The notes beneath the pieces were generated by a model, which saw nothing but the letters and a program-made list of their open reading frames with translations, was not told the origin of the DNA and ran no database searches. A DNA stretch of 64,000 nucleotides from Escherichia coli O127:H6 str. E2348/69 (lineage in GTDB: Bacteria; Pseudomonadota; Gammaproteobacteria; Enterobacterales; Enterobacteriaceae), in assembly GCF_000026545.1 (NCBI RefSeq), contig NC_011601.1; one strand, written 5' to 3'. The stretch's first letter is position 1, and each line of letters begins with the position of its first letter. Positions 31,401-43,095 of the stretch are shown one piece after another. A program made the position numbers and the translations under genes.

Positions 31401-32346
31401 GCGCTCATTACAGGATCTGAAAGACGCCCTGAAAGGCAAAGTGCAGGAAACGCTGTCTGCCGTGGCGGATGACGGTATCGAGCAGAGCGGTTTACATATC
31501 TGGAGTTTTGGTCAACTTCCGGAAAGCTACGAGCAGAAGCGCGGCAACTACAAAGTGAAGGCGTGGCCGGCGCTGGTGGATGAGCGTGACAGCGTAGCGA
31601 TCAAACTGTTTGATAACCCGCTGGAACAGAAGCAGGCAATGTGGAACGGTCTTCGCCGTTTACTGCTGCTAAATATTCCATCGCCGATCAAGTACTTGCA
31701 CGAAAAGCTGCCAAACAAAGCCAAGCTGGGGCTGTACTTTAACCCGTATGGCAAAGTGCTGGAGCTGATCGATGACTGTATCTCCTGCGGTGTGGATCAA
31801 CTGATCGATGCCAATGGTGGCCCGGTCTGGACGGAAGAAGGCTTTGCTGCGCTGCATGAAAAAGTCCGCGCTGAACTGAACGACACGGTGGTGGATATTG
31901 CGAAGCAGGTCGAGCAAATCCTCACTGCGGTGTTCAATATCAACAAACGTCTGAAAGGGCGGGTGGATATGACCATGGCGCTGGGGCTTTCTGACATTAA
32001 AGCGCAGATGGGCGGGCTGGTGTATCGCGGTTTTGTCACTGGTAACGGCTTCAAACGACTGGGCGACACGCTGCGTTATTTGCAGGCGATTGAAAAACGA
32101 CTGGAAAAACTGGCGATTGATCCACATCGCGACCGTGCTCAGATGCTGAAAGTCGAAAACGTCCAGCAGGCGTGGCAGCAATGGATCAACAAACTACCGC
32201 CTGCACGTCGTGAGGATGAAGACGTGAAAGAGGTCCGCTGGATGATAGAAGAGCTGCGCGTTAGTTACTTCGCTCAACAACTTGGCACGCCTTATCCGAT
32301 TTCGGATAAGCGTATTTTGCAGGCGATGGAGCAGATTAGCGGTTAA
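28444..32346 (+). CDS. hrpA: ATP-dependent RNA helicase HrpA (DEAH-box)
   Basis: 1300 aa. Walker A GETGSGKT, DEAH box (IIIDEAHERS), HA2 and OB-fold regions. Confidence 0.95.
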   Translation: MTEQQKLTFTALQQRLDSLMLRDRLRFSRRLHGVKKVKNPDAQQAIFQEMAKEIDHAAGKVLLREAERPEITYPDNLPVSQKKQDILEAIRDHQVVIVAGETGSGKTTQLPKICMELGRGIKGLIGHTQPRRLAARTVANRIAEELKTEPGGCIGYKVRFSDHVSDNTMVKLMTDGILLAEIQQDRLLMQYDTIIIDEAHERSLNIDFLLGYLKELLPRRPDLKIIITSATIDPERFSRHFNNAPIIEVSGRTYPVEVRYRPIVEEADDTERDQLQAIFDAVDELSQESPGDILIFMSGEREIRDTADALNKLNLRHTEILPLYARLSNSEQNRVFQSHSGRRIVLATNVAETSLTVPGIKYVIDPGTARISRYSYRTKVQRLPIEPISQASANQRKGRCGRVSEGICIRLYSEDDFLSRPEFTDPEILRTNLASVILQMTALGLGDIAAFPFVEAPDKRNIQDGVRLLEELGAITTDEQASAYKLTPLGRQLSQLPVDPRLARMVLEAQKHGCVREAMIITSALSIQDPRERPMDKQQASDEKHRRFHDKESDFLAFVNLWNYLGEQQKALSSNAFRRLCRTDYLNYLRVREWQDIYTQLRQVVKELGIPVNSEPADYREIHIALLTGLLSHIGMKDADKQEYTGARNARFSIFPGSGLFKKPPKWVMVAELVETSRLWGRIAARIDPEWVEPVAQHLIKRTYSEPHWERAQGAVMATEKVTVYGLPIVAARKVNYSQIDPALCRELFIRHALVEGDWQTRHAFFRENLKLRAEVEELEHKSRRRDILVDDEMLFEFYDQRISHDVISARHFDSWWKKVSRETPDLLNFEKSMLIKEGAEKISKLDYPNFWHQGNLKLRLSYQFEPGADADGVTVHIPLPLLNQVEESGFEWQIPGLRRELIIALIKSLPKPVRRNFVPAPNYAEAFLGRVTPLELPLLDSLERELRRMTGVTVDREDWHWDQVPDHLKITFRVVDDKNKKLKEGRSLQDLKDALKGKVQETLSAVADDGIEQSGLHIWSFGQLPESYEQKRGNYKVKAWPALVDERDSVAIKLFDNPLEQKQAMWNGLRRLLLLNIPSPIKYLHEKLPNKAKLGLYFNPYGKVLELIDDCISCGVDQLIDANGGPVWTEEGFAALHEKVRAELNDTVVDIAKQVEQILTAVFNINKRLKGRVDMTMALGLSDIKAQMGGLVYRGFVTGNGFKRLGDTLRYLQAIEKRLEKLAIDPHRDRAQMLKVENVQQAWQQWINKLPPARREDEDVKEVRWMIEELRVSYFAQQLGTPYPISDKRILQAMEQISG

Positions 32347-32371
32347 CACTGCTATTTGCCTGATAAATCTA

Positions 32372-32404
32372 AAACCCGGTAAGCATTTAGCGCCGGGTTT
32401 TTTA
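32372..32404 (+). terminator. hrpA rho-independent terminator
   Basis: AAACCCGGTAAGCATTTAGCGCCGGGTTTTTT. Confidence 0.6.
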
Positions 32405-32619
32405 TTAATTCTAAAAACGATAAGGGAAAAAATTCAGGAGTTCAGAAAAATACAATTCTCTGCTGCAAGATGAATAATGTTTATCTACAGCATTTCCTTA
32501 AAAAAATATGTCAGGCTTGCGGAGTGGCAGTTAAGGAAATACGACTTCCTCCTTTCAGAGTGCTCCGCTTCTCACTATTATCTCACGCAGTATTCTTAAG
32601 GGAACGATAAGGAGGAACC

Positions 32620-33420
32620 ATGAATATTACCCCGTTTCCGACGCTCTCGCCGGCAACCATAGACGCCATAAATGTTATCGGACAGTGGCTGGCGCAGGAT
32701 GATTTCTCCGGTGAGGTGCCGTATCAGGCCGATTGCGTGATCCTTGCAGGCAATGCGGTTATGCCGACTATCGATGCGGCATGTAAGATTGCCCGCGATC
32801 AGCAAATTCCTTTACTGATTAGTGGTGGTATCGGTCACTCGACAACTTTTTTGTATAGCGCCATCGCACAGCATCCGCACTACAACACTATCCGCACAAC
32901 TGGCAGAGCTGAAGCTACCATCCTGGCGGATATCGCTCATCAGTTCTGGCATATTCCGCATGAAAAAATCTGGATTGAAGACCAGTCAACAAACTGCGGT
33001 GAAAACGCACGCTTTAGCATCGCGCTATTGAATCAGGCCGTAGAACGAGTTCATACGGCTATCGTTGTTCAGGACCCCACCATGCAGCGGCGCACGATGG
33101 CGACGTTCCGCCGTATAACCGGGGATAATCCCGATGCACCACGCTGGTTAAGTTATCCCGGATTCGTTCCTCAGTTAGGAAATAACGCAGACAGTGTAAT
33201 CTTTGTTAATCCGTTGCAAGGATTATGGCCGGTTGAGCGTTATCTATCGCTACTCACTGGCGAGTTGCCGCGTTTACGCGATGATAGCGATGGCTACGGC
33301 CCCCGCGGGCGAGATTTTATCGTTCACGTTGATTTTCCGGCAGAAGTCATTCAGGCATGGCAAACGCTGAAACATGATGCGGTGCTCATCGAGGCGATGG
33401 AAAGTCGCTCGTTACGTTAA
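32620..33420 (+). CDS. ydcF: DUF218-domain protein YdcF
   Basis: 266 aa; synteny between hrpA and aldA. Confidence 0.8.
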   Translation: MNITPFPTLSPATIDAINVIGQWLAQDDFSGEVPYQADCVILAGNAVMPTIDAACKIARDQQIPLLISGGIGHSTTFLYSAIAQHPHYNTIRTTGRAEATILADIAHQFWHIPHEKIWIEDQSTNCGENARFSIALLNQAVERVHTAIVVQDPTMQRRTMATFRRITGDNPDAPRWLSYPGFVPQLGNNADSVIFVNPLQGLWPVERYLSLLTGELPRLRDDSDGYGPRGRDFIVHVDFPAEVIQAWQTLKHDAVLIEAMESRSLR

Positions 33421-33616
33421 AAATTGCCCGTTTGTGAACCACTTGTTTGCAAACGGGCATGACTTCTGACTTTTATTTCTGCCTTTAATTCCTTTTACAC
33501 TTGTTTTTATGAAGCCCTTCACAGAATTGTCCTTTCACGATGCCGTCTCTCTGATAATCGATGTTAATTAACAATAAATTTACCAAAAACAAGCATGTAA
33601 ATCACAGGAGTCGCCC

Positions 33617-35056
33617 ATGTCAGTACCCGTTCAACATCCTATGTATATCGATGGACAGTTTGTTACCTGGCGTGGAGACGCATGGATTGATGTGGTAAAC
33701 CCTGCTACAGAGGCTGTCATTTCCCGCATTCCCGATGGTCAGGCCGAGGATGCCCGTAAGGCAATCGATGCAGCAGAACGTGCACAACCAGAATGGGAAG
33801 CGTTGCCTGCTATTGAACGCGCCAGTTGGTTGCGCAAAATCTCCGACGGGATCCGGGAACGTGCCAGTGAAATCAGTGCGCTGATTGTCGAAGAAGGGGG
33901 CAAGATCCAGCAGTTGGCTGAAGTCGAAGTGGCTTTTACTGCGGACTATATCGATTATATGGCGGAGTGGGCACGGCGTTACGAGGGCGAGATTATTCAA
34001 AGCGATCGTCCAGGAGAAAATATTCTTCTGTTTAAACGTGCGCTTGGCGTGACTACCGGCATTCTGCCGTGGAACTTTCCGTTCTTCCTCATTGCCCGCA
34101 AAATGGCTCCCGCTCTTTTGACCGGTAATACCATCGTCATTAAACCCAGTGAATTTACGCCAAACAATGCGATTGCATTCGCCAAAATCGTTGATGAAAT
34201 AGGCCTTCCGCGCGGCGTGTTTAACCTTGTACTCGGGCGTGGTGAAACCGTTGGGCAAGAACTGGCGGGTAACCCAAAGGTCGCAATGGTCAGTATGACA
34301 GGCAGCGTCTCTGCAGGTGAAAAGATTATGGCGACTGCGGCGAAAAACATCACCAAAGTGTGCCTGGAATTGGGGGGTAAAGCACCGGCTATCGTAATGG
34401 ACGATGCCGATCTTGAACTGGCAGTCAAAGCTATCTTTGATTCACGCGTCATTAATAGTGGGCAAGTGTGTAACTGTGCAGAACGTGTTTATGTACAGAA
34501 AAGCATTTATGATCAGTTCGTCAATCGGCTGGGTGAAGCGATGCAGGCGGTTCAATTTGGTAACCCCGCTGAACGCAACGACATTGCGATGGGACCGTTG
34601 ATTAATGCCGCGGCGCTGGAAAGGGTTGAGCAAAAAGTGGCGCGCGCAGTAGAAGAAGGGGCGAGAGTGGCGTTGGGTGGCAAAGCGGTAGAGGGGAAAG
34701 GATATTATTATCCGCCGACATTGCTGCTGGATGTTCGCCAGGAAATGTCGATTATGCATGAGGAAACCTTTGGCCCGGTTCTGCCGGTGGTCGCATTTGA
34801 CACGCTGGAAGAGGCTATCTCAATGGCTAATGACAGTGATTACGGCCTGACCTCATCAATCTATACCCAAAATCTGAACGTCGCGATGAAAGCCATTAAA
34901 GGGCTGAAGTTTGGTGAAACTTACATCAACCGTGAAAACTTCGAAGCTATGCAAGGCTTCCACGCTGGATGGCGTAAATCCGGTATTGGCGGCGCAGATG
35001 GTAAACATGGCTTGCATGAATATCTGCAGACCCAGGTGGTTTATTTACAGTCGTAA
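33617..35056 (+). CDS. aldA: Lactaldehyde dehydrogenase (NAD-dependent aldehyde dehydrogenase A)
   Basis: 479 aa. ALDH family with catalytic Cys (GQVCNCAERV) and Glu (LELGGKAP) motifs. Confidence 0.9.
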   Translation: MSVPVQHPMYIDGQFVTWRGDAWIDVVNPATEAVISRIPDGQAEDARKAIDAAERAQPEWEALPAIERASWLRKISDGIRERASEISALIVEEGGKIQQLAEVEVAFTADYIDYMAEWARRYEGEIIQSDRPGENILLFKRALGVTTGILPWNFPFFLIARKMAPALLTGNTIVIKPSEFTPNNAIAFAKIVDEIGLPRGVFNLVLGRGETVGQELAGNPKVAMVSMTGSVSAGEKIMATAAKNITKVCLELGGKAPAIVMDDADLELAVKAIFDSRVINSGQVCNCAERVYVQKSIYDQFVNRLGEAMQAVQFGNPAERNDIAMGPLINAAALERVEQKVARAVEEGARVALGGKAVEGKGYYYPPTLLLDVRQEMSIMHEETFGPVLPVVAFDTLEEAISMANDSDYGLTSSIYTQNLNVAMKAIKGLKFGETYINRENFEAMQGFHAGWRKSGIGGADGKHGLHEYLQTQVVYLQS

Positions 35057-35064
35057 TGAGTGAA

Positions 35065-35092
35065 AGAGGCGGAGGTTTTTTCCTCCGCCTGT
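35065..35092. terminator. Bidirectional rho-independent terminator between convergent aldA and gapC
   Basis: AGGCGGAGG-TTTTTT-CCTCCGCCT, a symmetric hairpin flanked by A/T runs on both strands. Confidence 0.6.
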
Positions 35093-35097
35093 GCGCG

Positions 35098-36099
35098 TCA
35101 GAGTTTAGCGAATTTTTCGAGGGTGCGAATAAGCTGTGTGACGAAGCCATATTCGTTATCGTACCAGGCGACCGTTTTCACCAGTTGTAAATCGCCCACG
35201 GCGGTAATTTCCGTTTGCGTGGCATCAAACACCGAACCGAAATGGCTGCCAATGATATCGGAAGAGACTATTTCTTCATCAGTATAACCAAATGACTCGT
35301 TATTGTTTGTCGCCTTTTTAAGCGCGTTGTTCACCTCTTCGGCAGTCACTTTCTTTCCGAGAATCGACACCAGTTCAGTGACCGAACCTGTTTTCACCGG
35401 CACGCGTTGCGCATGACCTTTCAGTTTGCCGCTCAATTCCGGGATCACCAGACCAATGGCTTTTGCCGCCCCCGTAGTGTGGGGAATGATATTTTCTGCC
35501 GCTGCGCGTGAAGCACGTAAATCTTTACCACGTGGGCCATCCACCAGTGACTGGGTGCCGGTATAGGCATGAATGGTCGTCATCGTGCCGACTTCTATCC
35601 CGAAACTGTCATGCAAGACTTTGGCCATCGGCGCAAGGCAGTTAGTGGTGCATGACGCCACGGAAACAATGGTGTCGTTGCCATCCAGAGTGTCGTCATT
35701 GACGTTATAAACGATGGTTTTCATTTCACCGGCAGGGGCGGAAATCAACACCTTCTTCGCGCCAGCATCAAGATGCGCCTGCGATTTCTCGGCGGAGGTA
35801 TAAAAGCCTGTACATTCGACAATGATTTCTGCGCCTTTCGCTTTCCACGGAATATTTTTAGCCTCTTTTTCGGCGTAAACCGCGATACTTTTCCCATCAA
35901 CGATAAGTGAATCTTCCGTATAATCAACGCTCCAGGGGAACGGTCCGTAGTTTGAATCATGTTTCAGCAGGTAGGCGAGAATTTTTGGGGAAGTGAGATC
36001 ATTAATAGCGACAACGTCTATGTTGCTTTTGACTTCAAGTAATCGACGCAACACCAGTCGACCGATACGACCAAAACCATTAATACCAACTTTACTCAT
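35098..36099 (-). CDS. gapC: Glyceraldehyde-3-phosphate dehydrogenase GapC, intact reading frame
   Basis: 333-aa uninterrupted ORF with NAD-binding GFGRIGR and active-site SCTTNC motifs. Confidence 0.85.
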   Translation of the reverse strand: MSKVGINGFGRIGRLVLRRLLEVKSNIDVVAINDLTSPKILAYLLKHDSNYGPFPWSVDYTEDSLIVDGKSIAVYAEKEAKNIPWKAKGAEIIVECTGFYTSAEKSQAHLDAGAKKVLISAPAGEMKTIVYNVNDDTLDGNDTIVSVASCTTNCLAPMAKVLHDSFGIEVGTMTTIHAYTGTQSLVDGPRGKDLRASRAAAENIIPHTTGAAKAIGLVIPELSGKLKGHAQRVPVKTGSVTELVSILGKKVTAEEVNNALKKATNNNESFGYTDEEIVSSDIIGSHFGSVFDATQTEITAVGDLQLVKTVAWYDNEYGFVTQLIRTLEKFAKL

Positions 36100-36287
36100 G
36101 GTCTTCTCCTGTCAGGAACGTTCGGATGAAAATTGATCCTTTCCAGGCTTAGACCAGGATGGCGGGATGGGCAATCTACATTCTTGCAGTGAAACGTAAC
36201 GTACTGAAAACGGGTGAACAATATTTAATGAAATTTTAAGAAAAGCCCGTTATGTTAACGGCAAATTATGTTAAAGCAGGAAATGTT

Positions 36288-36818
36288 ATGGGAAATAAAT
36301 ACTCAAGGTTACAAATCAGCATTCACTGGCTGGTCTTTTTGCTGGTTATCGTAGCGTATTGCGCAATGGAGTTTCGTGGTTTCTTCCCACGTATCGATCG
36401 GCCCCTCATCAACATGATTCATGTTTCCTGTGGCATCTCAATTCTCGTACTGATGGTGGTTCGTCTTTTGTTAAGACTGAAATACCCAACCCCGCCGATT
36501 ACACCTAAGCCAAAACCGATGATGACGGGACTGGCGCATTTGGGCCATTTGGTGATTTATCTCCTGTTTATTGCGCTGCCAGTGATTGGTTTGGTGATGA
36601 TGTATAACCGGGGCAACCCGTGGTTTGCGTTTGGTTTGACGATGCCTTACGCTTCAGAGGCCAATTTCGAGCGGGTTGATAGCTTAAAGTCGTGGCATGA
36701 AACGCTGGCGAATCTGGGATATTTTGTCATCGGCTTGCACGCTGCGGCTGCACTGGCACACCACTATTTCTGGAAGGACAACACACTTCTACGCATGATG
36801 CCACGTAAACGTTCCTGA
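36288..36818 (+). CDS. cybB: Cytochrome b561
   Basis: Start at MGNKYSRLQISIHWLVFLL (176 aa); four transmembrane helices with conserved His residues. The ORF-track start at 36252 is probably upstream of the real one. Confidence 0.85.
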   Translation: MGNKYSRLQISIHWLVFLLVIVAYCAMEFRGFFPRIDRPLINMIHVSCGISILVLMVVRLLLRLKYPTPPITPKPKPMMTGLAHLGHLVIYLLFIALPVIGLVMMYNRGNPWFAFGLTMPYASEANFERVDSLKSWHETLANLGYFVIGLHAAAALAHHYFWKDNTLLRMMPRKRS

Positions 36819-37062
36819 AGGATATTTAAAGAAAACGCCTGTACTAAAACCGACCCGTGGTACAGGCGAAGAATACGGGCCTACATCGGAAGCGCCTATT
36901 ATATTTATTTGTATGACAAATAAAACCATAATCCTTGTCTATACGTCCATCTGGCTTATCTTTAATCAATTCACCCGATCTTTGATCTCATCAACGGTAT
37001 CAAAATAACTCAGCGTATAACGTTCAAATCGAACATAAGATTCGATAAATCATGGAGGTTAT

Positions 37063-37236
37063 ATGAAAAAACTGGCACTTATCCTGGTTATGGGAACGCT
37101 TGTTTCCTTTTATGCCGATGCCGGGCGCAAACCCTGTTCTGGTTCGAAAGGGGGGATCTCACACTGTACGGCAGGCGGCAAATTTGTCTGTAATGATGGT
37201 TCTATTAGTGCATCGAAAAAAACATGCACTAACTGA
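37063..37236 (+). CDS. ydcA: Small secreted protein YdcA (57 aa)
   Basis: ATG with SD (GGAGG). Translation MKKLALILVMGTLVSFYADAGRKPCSGSKGGISHCTAGGKFVCNDGSISASKKTCTN has a signal peptide and four Cys. Below the ORF-track cutoff. Confidence 0.6.
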   Translation: MKKLALILVMGTLVSFYADAGRKPCSGSKGGISHCTAGGKFVCNDGSISASKKTCTN

Positions 37237-37297
37237 AGTGTAAAAGGGGTGCCATGAGAAAATGAATCCGCTAGTCAGATGCGCGGGGAAAATCCCC

Positions 37298-37444
<147 letters not shown>

Positions 37445-37541
37445 CGCTTCATAGCCTTTCTCCTTGCCGGATGGCGGGTAAGAGGCTAAGATCTGAATTG
37501 CTAGGTTCATTCGTTGGCCTCGGTTTGTACTGTAGTGGTCA

Positions 37542-37856
<315 letters not shown>

Positions 37857-37863
37857 CTAAGAG

Positions 37864-38940
37864 TCAAGCCGTTATCGGGATGCTGTTGATCTGCCTGTTT
37901 TGATTACGCAGTAATGTATAAACTTCGCGTGAGATATAGCGCTTCAGGCAGCGTATTGCTTCCATTTTTGTATGCCCTTCCGCTACTCGTCTGGCGACAT
38001 ATTCCTTCGTTTTATCGTCAGTTCGCAAACGTCCGATGGCAATGATGTGAAGTGCACTATTTGCAGCACGATCTCCACCCCGGTTAAGTCGATAACGATT
38101 CGTTTTTCCTGAAGATACGGGAACAGGGCTGACACCACACAGTGCCGCAAAACCTGATTCTGATCTTAATCGTTGGGGATTGTCTCCTGCCGTGATCAGC
38201 AACTGCGAAGCGCTTTCGTATCCAATAGCATTACGTTTAATCAGTTCAGGCGCCAGCTCATCGACAATTGCCGCAATCATGACATCCAAATCAGCGATTT
38301 CGTCATGTAACTCGAGATAGCGTCGGGCAAGGGACTTTAATGAAATACGATAAACGTTGGTAACATTGCGGTATTCACTGGCATCAGGCCGCCAGGATCC
38401 CAGAGTCCTGATGAGCTGCATGCGCGTCATATTTCTGAGCTGTTCACGTAATTCATCCGGGGCAGAGATAATATTGGAATGGATAATCTGGAGAGCGACT
38501 CTGCGGGCTGATATTGCTGTTTTTCGGCAAGTTTTTAATACCCGCAGAGACTCAATCATGCCATTGCGCGTTTTGGGTGTGACGGTTCTTATTCCGGAGA
38601 ATGCGGCGTGAGCGGCACATTCAGCATCAATCGTGTCACTTTTACCCCGTTTGCGTCGCTCCATCCGATCTGGCGCAGTCACCTCAAGAACGTCTAACCC
38701 GGCATTCTGTAAATAGCGAAGCAGACCTGATCCATAGGTGCCTGTACACTCAACACCAATTCGCTTTAATGCCCCAAACGAAGTCATCCATGCCAGCATC
38801 TGCCGGTAACCTTGCCGTGTTGTGGAGAAAAACTGGGTCCCCAGAACTTTATTGTTCTGATCTACGACAGCGGCAACGTGCAGATCTTTATGTGTATCCA
38901 CGCCACCCACAACAGCGGTTTCCGTAACTTTACCTGCCAT
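37864..38940 (-). CDS. IS110-family transposase/recombinase (RuvC-like DEDD N-domain plus Tnp C-domain)
   Basis: 358 aa. MAGKVTETAVVGGVDTHKDLHVAAVVD.., ..ECTGTYG.., ..GKSDTIDAE.. and a C-terminal ..SGFAALCGVSPVPVSSGKTNRYRLNRGGDRAANSALH.. parallel the IS110/IS621-type recombinases as I recall them. SD AGGAG upstream of the ATG. Confidence 0.8.
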   Translation of the reverse strand: MAGKVTETAVVGGVDTHKDLHVAAVVDQNNKVLGTQFFSTTRQGYRQMLAWMTSFGALKRIGVECTGTYGSGLLRYLQNAGLDVLEVTAPDRMERRKRGKSDTIDAECAAHAAFSGIRTVTPKTRNGMIESLRVLKTCRKTAISARRVALQIIHSNIISAPDELREQLRNMTRMQLIRTLGSWRPDASEYRNVTNVYRISLKSLARRYLELHDEIADLDVMIAAIVDELAPELIKRNAIGYESASQLLITAGDNPQRLRSESGFAALCGVSPVPVSSGKTNRYRLNRGGDRAANSALHIIAIGRLRTDDKTKEYVARRVAEGHTKMEAIRCLKRYISREVYTLLRNQNRQINSIPITA

Positions 38941-39220
38941 AACAGAGCTCCTGTGAGGAAACAGAGTTGAATCTCCAGACAGATAACCCGGACAGGACAG
39001 TAACGAGACAAACCGTCAGGCCCTTCTTGAGTCACGCGCATCGGTGAGGAGACGCCTCGCATGAAGGCGCTTCCGGCAACCGACAGGTCCAGGGCAGGAC
39101 AAAAGGGTCGATCGCTGTGTGAGTCAGGATGCGGGAAGGTCTTCACTGCATCAGTAATCACACCAGTCTGGTTAAACAGCAAACAGAGTGATGATAAAAA
39201 CTGATACCGGCATTATTACT
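38941..39220 (-). ncRNA. Candidate structured non-coding RNA in the IS110-family left end (bridge/guide-RNA-like position)
   Basis: Position only: a 280-bp non-coding stretch immediately 5' of the IS110-family recombinase gene with GC-rich, self-complementary segments (e.g. GAGGAGACGCCTC, CCGGCAACCGACAGGTCCAGGG). No covariance model was run. Confidence 0.3.
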
Positions 39221-39658
39221 ATCGCTGTGGAACATTACCCCGGCTGGTTTACTGCGGATTTCCCAGGCCATTTTCAGCGCTTTGATGGTCAGTCTGCTGT
39301 CCGGAGAGAACGACATTGCCCAACCTACCGGTTTCCTTGCAAACAGGTCGAGAACAACGGCAAGGTATACCCAACGTTTCCCCGTCCAGATGTACGTCAC
39401 GTCGCCGCACCATACCTGATTTGGCTCTGTCACTGCGAACTGCCGCCCAAGGTGATTCGGGATAGTGACATGTTCACGACCACCTCGTTTATAACGGTGC
39501 GCAGGCTGCTGGCAACTGACCAGTCCCAGTTCTTTCATGAGCCTGCCGGCAAGCCAGCGCCCCATTCTGAAGCCTATCAGGGTTGTCATTGTGGCGATGC
39601 TTCTTGCCCCGGCAGAACCATGGCTGATGTTATGCAACTCAAGTACCTGACTGCGTAA

Positions 39659-40080
<422 letters not shown>

Positions 40081-40721
40081 TGGAGCACCTGTGTTGTTCT
40101 GAGGTGAGCATATCACCTCTGTTCAGGTGGCCAAATTCAGTGTGCCACTACATACTGACCCCAGAAAGTTGGACAGTTAAACACGAGGCATATAGGTCTG
40201 ATTCCGATATTCAATTGGAGTCAGACCTTTTAATTTCAGGCTAATTCTTCTGCTGTTGTAGTATTCAATATATTCCGTAACAGCATCCTTCAGCTCGCTT
40301 ATATTACTGAACTCATCAAGATAAAAACACTCCGACTTTAAGGTTCCAAAGAAACACTCCACCACAGCATTATCCAGACAATTGCCTTTTCTGGACATGC
40401 TTTGTTTAATACCATGTTCTTTAAGGACTTCTCATACGATACTGCCATCCCTGGTCAGAGTGCAGAACAGGATGCTCGTGAGGATTAAGCTTTTTGAATG
40501 CCTGATCGAGCATATTCCCGACCATGTTCATCACTGGTCTTTCCGAAAGGCTGTAAGAAATAACTTCGTTGTTGAAGAGATCTATTACTGGAGACAAATA
40601 CAGCTTGCGCCCATTGACTGCAAATTCAGTAACATCGGTAACCCACTTCTCGTTTGGCCGCGTAGCCTTGAAATCTCTTTGGAGAACATTGGGGGCGGTT
40701 TGCCCTACCTCTCCTCTGTAA

Positions 40722-42272
40722 GCTGTCTCTTGATCAGATCTCCTGATCAAGAGACTTCATCACCAGGTAACCCTCAACCATATCCTGAAGTCTGAACCAG
40801 CCATCCCACATGACTACCCAACCGGGGCGACCGGTGCGTTTGCTGTCATGCCATCGCCCCAGTTTCGCCAGTTTCAGACAGGCCCATTTCAGTGTCGGCA
40901 TCTGTGACGGAAGCGGTTTTCCTTCCAGCTTAACCCACAGCAGTTTCCACTCTGTCGGCGTCAGTATTTTCTCACAGCTGTCATTTTGTGTTTCTTCACT
41001 GATACCGCCCTGCCGCAGGCCCAGCACCCGCACCGCGATAAACGCCTTGATAACCACCATGCGCTCGAGGTTATCCCGGGTCTGCATTCGCAGCGATTCC
41101 ACACATGTACCACCACTTTTCCACGCCTTGTGGTATTCCTCTATCAGCCAGCGTCGCTCGTAATGGCTGACGATACGTCGCGCATCGGCGGCACTCGCCA
41201 CTTTTTCTGACGTCAGCAGATGCCAGCAGGCGCCGTCCTCTGCCTGCTCCCGGCAACAGACATACGTGAGCGGGAGCGCCTGGCCGCTGTTGTCGGGATT
41301 TTTTATGCTGACTTCGCTGTAACTGATGAACATCCGGGCCTGGCGGGCTGCCCGCCCGCCTTTTTGCATCACATTCAGCGTGTGGCTTCCCGCGGTTGCC
41401 AGGACTTCCGGCAGTTCGAAGAGCTTGCCGGGTGCTTCTTCCAGCCGGCGATTCTGTGCTGCACGCACCACGAAGCGCTGCCCGTGGCTGACTTTATAAT
41501 GCAGGTAATGCCAGATATCCGCTTCCCGGTCACAGACAGTGATTACCCGTTTCTGTATCTCCCCCAGCCGTTCGGCCATGCGCTCCGAAGCCTGCTGCCA
41601 GCGGTAACTTTCTTTTTCTTCATAGGGACGTTCTTTTCGCTGGTGCTTAACACCGTAGGTGTCCGTGGCACGACTCCAGCGCTGCTGTTCGATAAGACCG
41701 ACTGGCAGGGCGCTGTCGGGGGCGTACATCAGGACAGAGTGAGCCAGCAGCCCGCGCGTCTTCGGGTTAGTGGTGGTATTCCCCAGGTCATCAGATGCCG
41801 TACTGTGACTGAAGTTAATGGTGGTGGTGTCTTCCAGCGCGAGGAGCAGCGGATGAGCCTCACATGCCCTTACAGTGGCGGTAAATCCGGCTTCGGCAAT
41901 GGCTTGCGGGGACACAGACGGGTTACGTATCAGGCGGTACGCACCTTCAACCTGAGCAGTGGACTGGGATGATTTCACAATAGAAAGACCTGCATGCTGA
42001 GCGAGAGAAGAGGCCAGTGACACAAGGCGTCGTGTACGACGCGGATCACCGAGACGGGCATGTCCAAACTGCTCGTTAGCCCATGAATAACAATCAGAAA
42101 GTACCATAACAGACCCGAAGAAAATGAAATATAAGAGAAGATCAACGGGTGAGGAAAAAGTTCAAAAAATCGCTGCCGGGGAGGAAGGAAACTACCGGAT
42201 GGAAAGAGTCCCCCTAAAGCAGACTGACAGACATCACAAATCCCCGGGTGGGGATTTGTGTATAAGAGACAG
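40722..42272 (-). mobile_element. IS4-family insertion sequence of the IS50/Tn5 type, copy 2 (1551 bp), inserted in IS150 insK with 9-bp target-site duplication CCTCTGTAA
   Basis: Same termini as copy 1. Direct 9-bp repeats at 40713-40721 and 42273-42281. Same orientation as copy 1, about 13 kb away. Confidence 0.85.
40734..42107 (-). CDS. IS50-like DDE transposase, copy 2
   Basis: 457-aa protein identical to the copy 1 transposase. Confidence 0.85.
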   Translation of the reverse strand: MVLSDCYSWANEQFGHARLGDPRRTRRLVSLASSLAQHAGLSIVKSSQSTAQVEGAYRLIRNPSVSPQAIAEAGFTATVRACEAHPLLLALEDTTTINFSHSTASDDLGNTTTNPKTRGLLAHSVLMYAPDSALPVGLIEQQRWSRATDTYGVKHQRKERPYEEKESYRWQQASERMAERLGEIQKRVITVCDREADIWHYLHYKVSHGQRFVVRAAQNRRLEEAPGKLFELPEVLATAGSHTLNVMQKGGRAARQARMFISYSEVSIKNPDNSGQALPLTYVCCREQAEDGACWHLLTSEKVASAADARRIVSHYERRWLIEEYHKAWKSGGTCVESLRMQTRDNLERMVVIKAFIAVRVLGLRQGGISEETQNDSCEKILTPTEWKLLWVKLEGKPLPSQMPTLKWACLKLAKLGRWHDSKRTGRPGWVVMWDGWFRLQDMVEGYLVMKSLDQEI

Positions 42273-42573
42273 CCTCTGTAAGAGCGGTATCGCTTGACCT
42301 TAATCGCTGCCTTCAGTGAGAGGATTCCCATCAGGCGCTGAACAGCTTTATGGTTAATCTGTTTCCCTTCTCGATGAAGAGACAGCGTTACCCTACGGTA
42401 TCCGTATCGGCCTCTATTCTCATGATAAATCTCACCAATACGCTTTTTAACGTCCGCATACTTGTCAGGCTTGCTGAGAGCCTTTAGATGGTAATAAAAC
42501 GTACTGCGCGGTATCTCCGCAGCCCTGAGAAGCTCATCAAGAGGATAAAACTGCCTTAGCTCGTTGAGTACTT

Positions 42574-43095
42574 TCACTTTTTCGTGGGATGAGCTAAGGC
42601 TTTCAGCTTTTTTAGATACACAAGCCGCGTTTCAAGAAATCGAACTTGCCTTTCAAGATCCTCAATGCGTCGGTCTTTTGACAGCTCCAATGCTGATGCC
42701 GCTTTTTCTGGATCAACTGATATTGCAATGTTTCTTTTGGTGCCAATCTTGAGCGCGCGTAAACCAGCTTCTCCGCGCTCTTCATAAACCTTCAGCCACC
42801 TGGCTACAGAACCACTACCAGCAAGCATAAAGTGAGCAGCAGCCTGATTAAGGGACATGTGCTGCTCGATCACAGCTTTCATGACCTTAATACGCAACTC
42901 AGGAGCAGCACTAACACCTTTAGGTTTGGGAATTAAACCTTTTTCTCCATGTTTTTCATAGAGGGCAACCCATGTCCTGACCTGGGTTCGGGGGACACCA
43001 AAACGTGCCGAGATGATCCTGTAACCATCATCAGTAGTGAAGTAGTGATTCACGACTTCAAGGCGCTTTTCAAAAGGGTATTTTGGCTTTGACAT
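42574..43095 (-). CDS. insJ: IS150 InsJ (orfA, HTH subunit)
   Basis: MSKPKYPFEKRLEVVNHYFTTDDGYRIISARFGVPRTQVRTWVALYEKHGEKGL..., 173 aa. Confidence 0.85.
   Translation of the reverse strand: MSKPKYPFEKRLEVVNHYFTTDDGYRIISARFGVPRTQVRTWVALYEKHGEKGLIPKPKGVSAAPELRIKVMKAVIEQHMSLNQAAAHFMLAGSGSVARWLKVYEERGEAGLRALKIGTKRNIAISVDPEKAASALELSKDRRIEDLERQVRFLETRLVYLKKLKALAHPTKK

Larger units (their letters stand above)
40177..42577 (-). pseudogene. insK: IS150 insK (orfB DDE transposase) interrupted by IS50-like copy 2
   Basis: N-terminal part beginning MKVLNELRQFYPLDELLRAAEIPRSTFYYHLKALSKPDKYADVKK (from 42577 downward), middle part ..[23 protein letters not shown].. (40421..40750) and C-terminal part ..[31 protein letters not shown] (40177..40398), separated by the 1551-bp IS. 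Confidence 0.75.

Noticed and set aside
28444..32346. Antisense and alternative-frame ORFs inside hrpA (for example 29728..30150, 31669..32181)
   Set aside because: Same reasoning: embedded in a continuous 1300-codon helicase gene with all motifs in frame.
38862..39182. 106-aa ORF on the minus strand overlapping the IS110-family left end and the transposase start
   Set aside because: No ribosome-binding site, no recognisable domain, and it overlaps the recombinase start. The region is better explained as the non-coding (possibly RNA-encoding) left end of the element.
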